Shown: positions 20,018 to 28,372 of the stretch, one piece after another
How positions within the stretch are numbered: position 1 is the stretch's first letter
Layout of the letters: each line of letters starts with the position of its first letter
Origin: Sedimentisphaerales bacterium
Lineage (GTDB): Bacteria > Planctomycetota > Phycisphaerae > Sedimentisphaerales > SM23-30
Direction: 5' to 3' (one strand)
Length of the DNA: 64,000 nt
Assembly (NCBI GenBank): GCA_963666285.1
Contig: OY762711.1
Notes under the pieces: generated by a model
What the model was told of the DNA's origin: nothing
Database searches by the model: none
The model's input: only the letters and a program-made list of their open reading frames with translations
Position numbers and translations under genes: made by a program

Positions 20018-20479
20018 ATGAGGATAGGTTTTTTAGCTTTGTTGCTCATAGCTGTAGCAAGCGTAGCGAATGCCGCCCTTTATGAAACTGTCTATGATGA
20101 CAGTTCAGCTAGCTCTAAAAGTGTTATTATATTTAACATTGATAATCAGGGCTTTACAAATGACGGCGCATACGACTGGATCGGCTATGACTTTGAAATC
20201 TTAAGTGGTGGAGAATTTGTTTCTTCTAGTGCTTCAAGTGACATGTTTAGTACTGTTACTGAAGTAGTAGATGGTGGTGGACTGTTGACCAAGCTTGAAT
20301 TTTCAGATGGCACAGTTGCTCCTGGTGAAACAGTCAAATTCTCTTATGATATCGCAGTTGATTTGACTAATGGTCTGTTCGGCGTTCAGCTGGAAAGACA
20401 TGAAGTAGTAGTTCCTGAACCTGCAACTGTTGCTTTGACAGTAATGGGTGCCGGCCTGCTGCTAAGAAGAAAATTCTAA
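20018..20479 (+). CDS. Small PEP-CTERM sorting-domain protein
   Basis: Signal peptide; C-terminal VPEPATVALTVMGAGLLLRRKF; GGAGG before ATG 20018. Confidence 0.9.
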   Translation: MRIGFLALLLIAVASVANAALYETVYDDSSASSKSVIIFNIDNQGFTNDGAYDWIGYDFEILSGGEFVSSSASSDMFSTVTEVVDGGGLLTKLEFSDGTVAPGETVKFSYDIAVDLTNGLFGVQLERHEVVVPEPATVALTVMGAGLLLRRKF

Positions 20480-20501
20480 TATTATAATTTTCAAAAGTAC
20501 T

Positions 20502-20536
20502 AAAGCCGACTGGTAGTATTACTGGTCGGCTTTTTT
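20502..20536 (+). terminator. Rho-independent terminator
   Basis: GCCGACTGGTA...TACTGGTCGGC followed by T6. Confidence 0.8.
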
Positions 20537-20641
20537 ATTTTAAATATCCATATTTACCATGAGCGATAATTTACTTTAAAATATCGCTCTAATCGGTTAT
20601 ATTTTAACGACTTGAAGTGCTTGCTTAAAAGGTAATTATAT

Positions 20642-20953
20642 ATGGATGAGACATTTGAAATTGTTGAGCCTATTGGTAAACGTGTCGTTATTCGCAAGGA
20701 TGAGGATAAAAAAGAGACCAAAGGTGGTATCAGATTGCCGGATAATATTGAGATTCCTACTATCACCGGAAGGATTGTTGCTGTTTCAGCGGAAATAGAA
20801 TCTGACCCAATGGTGCCGTTAAGAAAATATGATAAGGTGCTGTTTAACCCCAAAGGTGCAATTCCAGTTGATTTTGAAGGTACAAACAGGCTGTTTGTAA
20901 TTGAACTTGATAGCGTTGTAGCTGTTTTTCGTAGGGCTGGTTCTGATAACTAA
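20642..20953 (+). CDS. GroES/Cpn10 family protein (orphan paralogue)
   Basis: EPIGKRVVIRK..ETKGGIRLPD...GRIVAV...DKVLF. Confidence 0.8.
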   Translation: MDETFEIVEPIGKRVVIRKDEDKKETKGGIRLPDNIEIPTITGRIVAVSAEIESDPMVPLRKYDKVLFNPKGAIPVDFEGTNRLFVIELDSVVAVFRRAGSDN

Positions 20954-20970
20954 ACATTAGAAAGAATAAT

Positions 20971-21792
20971 ATGGATTTGATTGCAATTGACATTGGTAAT
21001 AGTTCGCTGACAGTAGGGGTATTTGCTGGCGGAGAGCTCAAAGAATCTGCTAGTATTACAAAAGAGGTAATTGCCAATAGTTTGCCGGAGATCTTAATAA
21101 AGTATAGAGAGATTTGTGGCCCTCAGAAATTTGGCGCCAGGACGGTACCAATTGTGGTAAGTTCTGTAAATATTGATAATCTGGCGGCTGTCGAAAAAGT
21201 AACTGTTGATATTTTTAACCAGGATATCCGTCTTGCCGGACGTGATTTTTCTGTTGATATGCCTGTTGGAATTGAAGATAGCAGTACGTTAGGGTCAGAT
21301 AGGCTGCTTACGGCTTTGGCTGCTTTTCAAGTCGTTGGAAAAGCTGTCGTTATTGCTGATTTTGGGACTGCTACCACAATTGATTTGGTAAATGACAGTG
21401 GTATTTTTCTGGGCGGAGTAATTTTTCCTGGTTTGGATTTAGCTTCGCATTGTCTTGATGAGCATACTTCAGCTCTGCCTTATGTTAAGCCGGGAGTTCC
21501 GCTAGAACCTCAGGCTTATGGCACTAATACAGAGAAGGCCATACAAAATGGTGTCTATTATTCTACGATTGGCGCTCTTAGAGAACTGGTAGAGCGTTAT
21601 GCGACTGAGCTGGGTTATTGGCCTCAGGTTGTTGCGACAGGGGGGTATGCTAATATGATTTCTCAGAAATCTGAAATAATAGAAAATGTTGTTCCCGGAC
21701 TATGTCTTAACGGCTTGTTTTTAGCGTATTCTGGGTGGCGTAGCCACCAGGAGTCACCGGAAGATATATTCTCAAGTGAAGATATAGAATAA
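20971..21792 (+). CDS. coaX: Type III pantothenate kinase
   Basis: IDIGNS, SSV, LGSDR, DFGTATTID, GG.I.PG, ATGG. Confidence 0.92.
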   Translation: MDLIAIDIGNSSLTVGVFAGGELKESASITKEVIANSLPEILIKYREICGPQKFGARTVPIVVSSVNIDNLAAVEKVTVDIFNQDIRLAGRDFSVDMPVGIEDSSTLGSDRLLTALAAFQVVGKAVVIADFGTATTIDLVNDSGIFLGGVIFPGLDLASHCLDEHTSALPYVKPGVPLEPQAYGTNTEKAIQNGVYYSTIGALRELVERYATELGYWPQVVATGGYANMISQKSEIIENVVPGLCLNGLFLAYSGWRSHQESPEDIFSSEDIE

Positions 21793-22949
21793 TGTTAGAT
21801 ATTTGCGCAAATTCTTTGCGAGGAGGCCTGCTTACACCATCTGGCTATGGTGGTATTGCAATATTGCGTATTGCAGGACGAGGCTCTCTTGATTTAATAG
21901 GTAATATATTTGTACCATATCAGAGTATCTCTATCCAGGATATGCTTAATGACCATATTTATCTGGGTGAAATTAGGGAGGCAGATCAGGTTATAGACCA
22001 GGTTATGCTGGTTTTGGATAGGCAAAACTCTGTTTTTGAGGTTCATTGTCATGGCGGTCCGCGAATAGTTCAAAGGTTGCTCATTTTGTTCGAAAGTTTA
22101 GGAGTTGATGTTATATCATGGCATAATGCTGATCCTGAACCTTCAATTTTAGCTGAAGTTGAGTTTTTTCTGTCTTTCTGCAAATCTGAAATTGCGGTAA
22201 AAGCTATATCATGTCAGGCAAGTTCTGGATTAAGCTCATGGTGTAAACAAACAATTGAGATTCTTGCAACAGGTAATGCAGATATAAGTGGCTTATTATC
22301 CCAGATAAACCAGATTGCATTTACCTGGAATACTGCACAGTTATTATTATATCCGCCGAAAATATTTATCATCGGCCCTCCTAATGCCGGTAAAAGCGCT
22401 CTCGCTAATGCTTTAACTGGAAGGAGCCAGTCTCTGGTCTCCAGTATTCCCGGCACAACCCGGGATTGGACTTCAGAATTAACTGAGATGGCCGGCATTG
22501 CGGTTGAATTGGTAGATACGGCAGGTAAAAGAGTTACTGACGACCATTTTGAAAGCGTCTCACTGCAACGTCTGACCGTTCAGGTATCGCATGCCAAGCT
22601 TTTTATACTGCTAATTCCAGCTGATTATCCATCAAATGTAGAGCGTTTATATGATGAACAGGTTGATGGTTTGCCTGATGATGCAAAAGTCATAACAGTG
22701 ATAAGTAAGTCTGACTTGTCAGAAAGTCACAAGTACTCAGGTTTAGCTGACTTAGCTGTATCTGCTGTAGAGGGTACTGGTTTGATCCCGCTTATGAAAC
22801 TTGTAGCAGAACGGCTTGGATTTGGTGATGAGTTTGATTGCAGGAAGCCGCTAATATTTACACAGAGACAGTATGAGCTTGTTAATAAAATGACTAACAT
22901 CAGTAGTTTAGAGTCTTTACAAACGCTCTTATATGAGATCAAAGGTTAG
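21792..22949 (+). CDS. MnmE/TrmE-like GTPase, short form
   Basis: TPSGYGGIAILR, EVHCHGG, GPPNAGKS, PGTTRD, DTAG; lacks the C-terminal FCxGK. Confidence 0.8.
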   Translation: MLDICANSLRGGLLTPSGYGGIAILRIAGRGSLDLIGNIFVPYQSISIQDMLNDHIYLGEIREADQVIDQVMLVLDRQNSVFEVHCHGGPRIVQRLLILFESLGVDVISWHNADPEPSILAEVEFFLSFCKSEIAVKAISCQASSGLSSWCKQTIEILATGNADISGLLSQINQIAFTWNTAQLLLYPPKIFIIGPPNAGKSALANALTGRSQSLVSSIPGTTRDWTSELTEMAGIAVELVDTAGKRVTDDHFESVSLQRLTVQVSHAKLFILLIPADYPSNVERLYDEQVDGLPDDAKVITVISKSDLSESHKYSGLADLAVSAVEGTGLIPLMKLVAERLGFGDEFDCRKPLIFTQRQYELVNKMTNISSLESLQTLLYEIKG

Positions 22950-22957
22950 TTGATACA

Positions 22958-23677
22958 TTAACTGCCAGATACAATTTCTATTGCCTCTGATACTGAAAAT
23001 TTGTTTTCGTAAAGAGCTCTACCGGTAATAATTCCTTCTAGAGGAAGTGATCGCAGATTTTTAATATCGTCCAGAGAACCAACACCGCCTGAAGCAATGA
23101 CAGGGATTTTACAATTCTCAGCTAACTCTTTTGTTGATTCTATATTAGGTCCAATTAACATTCCATCTTTGGCTATGTCTGTATAAACAATAGCAGCAAG
23201 AGGGAGAGAGTTAACTTCACCTGCCATTTCTAATACAGTCATTTCACCTGTTACTGTCCATCCATGAGTAGCTATATAACCGTCTTTTGCATCCATGCCA
23301 AGTACTATTTTACCAGGATATTTGTTGACCATGGAGTAAAACCAATCTTGCTGTTCAAAAGCTTTTGTGCCAATAATCACTCTATTAATTCCGGTATCAA
23401 GTAATTTACTTATGGCCTCTTCATTGCGTATACCGCCGCCAACTTCAATGTTAAGAGAAGTATTCTGACGTATGTCCTTAAGAACAGCGAAGTTATACTG
23501 ATCACCATGTAAAGCACCGTCCAGATCAACTACATGCAGCCATTTTGCTCCTTGTTCTTCAAACAATTGGGCTTGAGAGACGGGAGAGTCATTATAATTG
23601 ATCTGACGATCGTAATCTCCTTGGATGAGCCTTACACATTTACCATCTCTAAGATCAATAGCAGGCAATATATACAT
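22958..23677 (-). CDS. hisA: ProFAR isomerase
   Basis: ILPAIDLRDGKCVRL.QGD, HVVDLDGA, GGGIR, TDIAKDG, ASGGV. Confidence 0.95.
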   Translation of the reverse strand: MYILPAIDLRDGKCVRLIQGDYDRQINYNDSPVSQAQLFEEQGAKWLHVVDLDGALHGDQYNFAVLKDIRQNTSLNIEVGGGIRNEEAISKLLDTGINRVIIGTKAFEQQDWFYSMVNKYPGKIVLGMDAKDGYIATHGWTVTGEMTVLEMAGEVNSLPLAAIVYTDIAKDGMLIGPNIESTKELAENCKIPVIASGGVGSLDDIKNLRSLPLEGIITGRALYENKFSVSEAIEIVSGS

Positions 23678-23711
23678 AAATAATCTTTCTTTTAATAACA
23701 GTTAAATTACA

Positions 23712-24383
23712 CTATTTTTCATTGGAATTTGCATATTCGCTTAATCCGCTGCTGTCAGCTTTAGTAATGATCTCAATAGCTTCCTTTGGATCATCGGTTA
23801 AATCATAAAGACTGATATCTTCAGGTGATATTGTCTTTTCTTTCAACATGGATGATTTAACCCAATCAAACAGGCCTGACCAGTAATCTTTGCCCATTAC
23901 AACAACAGGGAAATGCCGCATTTTTAGTGTTTGCATCAGAGTTAGCGATTCGAAGAGTTCGTCAAGTGTTCCAAAACCGCCTGGCAGTATAATAAATCCC
24001 CTTGCATATTTTGTAAACATAGTTTTGCGTGCGAAAAAGTATTTAAAATGCAACTCAAGAGTTTGATAATCATTGGGCTTTTGCTCCATTGGCAACTCAA
24101 TATTGAGACCTGCACTTTTACCGCCAGCTTCAAATGCACCTTTATTGGCAGCTTCCATAATTCCGCCACCGCCGCCAGTGATAACAGCAAATCCTGCTTT
24201 AACTGCTTCTGTTGCAGTTTCTTCAGCCATTTTATAATAAGGGCTGTCAGGACTTGTTCTTGCTGAACCGAAGATTGAAATGGCAGGTCCGAGGTAGCAT
24301 AGTTCTTCAAACCCTTCGATAAATTCGGCCATAATACGAAAAATTCGCCATGTTTCTTTATTTAATTGTTCATTTATTGGCAT
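23712..24383 (-). CDS. LOG family Rossmann-fold protein (TIGR00730-like)
   Basis: FGSAR, TGGGGGIMEAAN, YFFARK, PGGFGTLDE. Confidence 0.9.
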   Translation of the reverse strand: MPINEQLNKETWRIFRIMAEFIEGFEELCYLGPAISIFGSARTSPDSPYYKMAEETATEAVKAGFAVITGGGGGIMEAANKGAFEAGGKSAGLNIELPMEQKPNDYQTLELHFKYFFARKTMFTKYARGFIILPGGFGTLDELFESLTLMQTLKMRHFPVVVMGKDYWSGLFDWVKSSMLKEKTISPEDISLYDLTDDPKEAIEIITKADSSGLSEYANSNEK

Positions 24384-25071
24384 TTATATCTCCCTTTTTA
24401 GTTATTGTTTCATAAAGGAAATCTATGACTTCCTGAATATTCATATTGGAGGTATCAACTATAAGAGCATCTTGAGCAACTTTAAGAGCACCTGTGTCAC
24501 GATTGATATCGGCATGATCTCTTTGTATTTGAGACTCTAAAATTTCGTTATAATTAGCATTTATCCCTTTTTGTAACATTTGCTCGTGACGGCGTTTAGC
24601 TCTAACTTCAGGAAGAGCGTCCAGATAGAATTTAAACTTGGCATCTGGAAATACCACTGTAGTTTGATCTCTACCTTCAGTAACTAGTGATTCCAGTTGT
24701 TTGCCAAGTTCCTGCTGCTGTTTGACCAGGATTTCTCTAATTTTGGGGTTAGAAGCGATAGATTTTGAAGCATTTGTGACTTCTTGGGTTCGTATCGCAA
24801 AGGCAATATCCTGTCCATTATCCAATTTATCTTTGCCATCAATTGTTAGTGTGCTAATTCCATTGATGTTAGTAAAAGACAGTTTAGTTTGTTTAGCAAT
24901 TTTAACTAGATTATCAGGATTGGAAAAATCAACTTTAGCTTCGATAGCAGCAAGTGTAATTCCTCTATACATAGCTCCGGTATCCAGGTAAGAGATGTTA
25001 AGTTTTTGAGCCAGTTTTTTGGCAATTGTGCTTTTACCGCTACCAGCGGGACCATCTATTGCTATTATCAT
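24370..25071 (-). CDS. cmk: Cytidylate kinase
   Basis: IAIDGPAGSGKST, YLDTGAMYR, EGRD.TTVVFPDA. Confidence 0.95.
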   Translation of the reverse strand: MIIAIDGPAGSGKSTIAKKLAQKLNISYLDTGAMYRGITLAAIEAKVDFSNPDNLVKIAKQTKLSFTNINGISTLTIDGKDKLDNGQDIAFAIRTQEVTNASKSIASNPKIREILVKQQQELGKQLESLVTEGRDQTTVVFPDAKFKFYLDALPEVRAKRRHEQMLQKGINANYNEILESQIQRDHADINRDTGALKVAQDALIVDTSNMNIQEVIDFLYETITKKGDINANK

Positions 25072-25095
25072 TATAAACCCTGACGATACATACAG

Positions 25096-25138
25096 AAATA
25101 AAAACAGACGGATGAATGACAGCCGCCTGTTTTTATTT
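25096..25138 (-). terminator. Terminator-like hairpin after the pilM cluster
   Basis: AAATAAAAACAG.CGG...CCG.CTGTTTTTATTT inverted repeat. Confidence 0.65.
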
Positions 25139-25153
25139 AATTACTTATTTTAA

Positions 25154-26866
25154 CTACCTTCTACCAGCATTTCTTAATTCACGTTCCTGGTCTTTTCGCC
25201 TACGTTCATCAGCTGTATAAGCCCTGTTAACATTAGTATACATTTCTCTAAAAGTATCAGACCAAAATGCATTGTGTGAAGTAATTGATTTTGTTTGACC
25301 ATATTGATCACAATATACAATCTCACCACAAAGCTCAGACCTTAGCCCATTGTTGGTTTTATACCATCTAGTAGTAGGAGTTTTAATTTCAAGAACGGTA
25401 GCTCCAATTGCATAATCTACTTCAATCTCACTTTGATTTCCAGTTGCGGGATTCTGGCCCTGCGGCATATCGCCACCTTCCATTCCAATATTCATCATCC
25501 CAGGATTAGTATTGGGTGTATTGCTGGAAACATAAGCAGTTTGTGTGACAGGGAATCCGATAGACGATCCTGGTGATACGGAAAACGAACGTTTGAACCA
25601 TTGGCCATTTTGGAATTTGTAAACTTCAATGCGAGCAGAATTTTCATCGTTAATAGATCTTGGAATAAATAAAGAATCCGGAGGTGTCAAGACTGCATTT
25701 TCAGGCATAGCAACCGTTGAAGGGAAGACCTGGCTTAACCTCCATTGTTGACTAGATTTATTTAACCAGTTAGTCTCAAAGCATGGATTAAAGAAGCAAA
25801 CTTTCAATGCATAACTGTAAATTTTACCAGGTTCAACAGTTTCGTCATGTGCCCATACTTTGAAATCATCAACCACCAATTGTGTGTTGATTCTGTTGCC
25901 AGCTCCGGCTCCATACATGCCTGGTACAGCCGGTCCAGCTTGGTTTGGTTGGACTCCAGCTCTAGCACCTCTTCTATCTTCATCTTCTTCGCTTGCAGCT
26001 TCTCTAGCAGTAGGATTGAGCCATCTGTCGCCAATAAGTTCATAAGGTCTAGGCTGAAGCATTTGTAACTGAATGTCAGATGGCATATTATCCTTCATTG
26101 CAATTTCATGTTTTGTTTTAGACATATGCGTGAGTTCATCAAATGTGAAGTTGTTTTTCATAGGGTCATTAGACATTCTTGGGATGTAGACAGGGGCGGA
26201 CCATGAACCGTCATCAAGCAACTCTTTTCTTACCAAGTCAACAGACGCAACAATTGGATGATACATCTCTTTCATTTTTTTTGTAACACGTTGACCGGTG
26301 AACGCCTGTTCAAATGTTTCATAAAGAGCACTCATGTCAATGGTTGCTTCTACAGTAACAAAAGTAATATCTTTAACTTCGTAAGTTAAAGATCGATTAC
26401 CACCAAATGCAGCTAAAGCATTATTATCGTCGGATTCAGCTTCAACAGGAACAGAAGCTTGTGCATGGGTCAGCAAAATTTTAGGATCGCTAAGTACAGG
26501 TTGTTCCGGCATAGCGTAATTTCTAATATCTTGCTCTAAAATAAGCTTTCTGATATCAGGTGGGGTTAATAATATTTTATCCATTTGTACAGGCTTAATG
26601 TCTGCCATTACATCATCGCCTACAGGTTCATATACAGTAAGACCTTCGAGAGGCCCAGGTTCGCTAAGCTCGTCAACTACATTTCGAGCTATTTTAGCAC
26701 CTTTTTCGGCAGCTTCTGTTGCACTCATTTTCTGTCCTGAAACTTTTACGCCTGGAGCATTAAGTATACAAGAGAATACAACCCATGCAACAAAAGCAAT
26801 TGCTAGTGCTACTATTATTTTCTCAAAGTTAGCTTCTAAAAAATTCATTGTTTGTTTTTTGGCCAT
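25154..26866 (-). CDS. Membrane-anchored hypothetical protein of the planctomycete pilM cluster
   Basis: N-terminal TM (EKIIVAL...), W.HD.TV.PG..Y.Y...V...NP motif, Gly/Met-rich linkers; third gene after pilM. Confidence 0.7.
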   Translation of the reverse strand: MAKKQTMNFLEANFEKIIVALAIAFVAWVVFSCILNAPGVKVSGQKMSATEAAEKGAKIARNVVDELSEPGPLEGLTVYEPVGDDVMADIKPVQMDKILLTPPDIRKLILEQDIRNYAMPEQPVLSDPKILLTHAQASVPVEAESDDNNALAAFGGNRSLTYEVKDITFVTVEATIDMSALYETFEQAFTGQRVTKKMKEMYHPIVASVDLVRKELLDDGSWSAPVYIPRMSNDPMKNNFTFDELTHMSKTKHEIAMKDNMPSDIQLQMLQPRPYELIGDRWLNPTAREAASEEDEDRRGARAGVQPNQAGPAVPGMYGAGAGNRINTQLVVDDFKVWAHDETVEPGKIYSYALKVCFFNPCFETNWLNKSSQQWRLSQVFPSTVAMPENAVLTPPDSLFIPRSINDENSARIEVYKFQNGQWFKRSFSVSPGSSIGFPVTQTAYVSSNTPNTNPGMMNIGMEGGDMPQGQNPATGNQSEIEVDYAIGATVLEIKTPTTRWYKTNNGLRSELCGEIVYCDQYGQTKSITSHNAFWSDTFREMYTNVNRAYTADERRRKDQERELRNAGRR

Positions 26867-26941
26867 TATCTATATCCTGATTTAAGCTTTATGTTTTACA
26901 GCATTGATTAATTACATAATGTCTAAAAGACTGTACCGGGA

Positions 26942-28318
26942 TTAATATGTCTGCATCATAGTTTTTTGTGAATCTTCTGAAGGATTGATCAGCTGATCAA
27001 TTGATGTAGGAACAAAATCACTATAACCATCTTTGAAAAATACGTATTCACAAACATATTCTACTTTTGAGATAGCACCTGAACCATAATAATAGCCAGA
27101 TAATTCTTCAGTTTGGACATTCACCGGAATAATATTATATTCAAGTACCGTAATCTGGTTTCTTTGGTTTGTGCCATCAATATTAGCGCGTGGGCTTTGC
27201 AAGGCATTTATGAATTCATTAACATCATCCGAAGCCATTATGACAGATATGTTGAAATGCAAAACATCAATTAACTCATCGCAAAAACGATTTGACCATG
27301 GTGTAGCAAGAGAGTTTTTATAAGGTGAACTTGTTTCAGATGTATTACTGCTACTGCTAGGCTTAATTACATAGCCCGGTAAAGTATTTATGCCGCCAAT
27401 TCGTGAGATAAGGCTTCCACTGGTTAGTTTCCCCATTGCAGGCATGGGCATTCCACCACCAGCCATTCCACCACCTCCAATTTTAGCATTAGCCGAACCG
27501 GTTTGCGTCTGCAGGCCAGCAAAACTGATTTCAACAAGTCTTTTAATAGGATTTTCTTTTACAGATTTATTTTTATCATTAATTTTATTGATTGAAATTA
27601 CTACGTCTTCCTGAATCCAGAACGCTATCTGGCTTAACCAACTGTCAATTTGAAGAGTTGTCGGTGTTCCGGATTTACCATCATGCAATTTCCAAAAGTC
27701 ATATAAAACAAATGATGTTTGATCAGCATAAATGCTAATATCATTCGCTTTGTTTTCTCTATATTCAGCGAGAAGTTTCTGGTCAGCAGAACCTGAAGCA
27801 TTGCCCATACCACCAGTAGCATAACCAATTTCCATTCCAATACCGGCTCCACCTCCTCCGGTAGTTCTGGTTCGTCGTGAATCTTCCAGATAGTTCTTTT
27901 CTTCCAGTTGCGTTGGTTTATCACCGGCGTTTAGACCTGAGTTGCCATATAGTCTATCTATGGCTTTGGTGTATTCTTCTGCAAATCTGATATAATGGAT
28001 TTTGCTTTCATCAGCTTTTGCACTTGGAAATACATTTTTGTAGAGTAATGGTCTACTGCTTGTTTTTGTACAGAAGTTGTTTACAGTTTCTTCATCGGTT
28101 TTAGCTTTAATCAGGTTGTCATTCAAGAATTTCAGTTGATTATCATGTACTGCTTTTCCACTTAAGCTCATTGCCGTACTGTAATCACTTTCAATTCCTT
28201 TGAATCCCTGAATATTACTACTGTTCTGCATAACACCCAGGATGTAGATTCCTATAGATATTAGGACAGTAAGAATATAGATACCGTAAATATAATATTT
28301 CTTAATAAATTGCATCAT
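26942..28318 (-). CDS. Membrane-anchored hypothetical protein, PilO-position gene
   Basis: N-terminal TM, W.SQ..FWIQED motif, Gly/Met-rich linkers; follows pilM. Confidence 0.65.
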   Translation of the reverse strand: MMQFIKKYYIYGIYILTVLISIGIYILGVMQNSSNIQGFKGIESDYSTAMSLSGKAVHDNQLKFLNDNLIKAKTDEETVNNFCTKTSSRPLLYKNVFPSAKADESKIHYIRFAEEYTKAIDRLYGNSGLNAGDKPTQLEEKNYLEDSRRTRTTGGGGAGIGMEIGYATGGMGNASGSADQKLLAEYRENKANDISIYADQTSFVLYDFWKLHDGKSGTPTTLQIDSWLSQIAFWIQEDVVISINKINDKNKSVKENPIKRLVEISFAGLQTQTGSANAKIGGGGMAGGGMPMPAMGKLTSGSLISRIGGINTLPGYVIKPSSSSNTSETSSPYKNSLATPWSNRFCDELIDVLHFNISVIMASDDVNEFINALQSPRANIDGTNQRNQITVLEYNIIPVNVQTEELSGYYYGSGAISKVEYVCEYVFFKDGYSDFVPTSIDQLINPSEDSQKTMMQTY

Positions 28319-28372
28319 ATCTGTCTTGTCTTTCGTTGAATATATAAATTGTTTATCATTATGATGTCAGCT

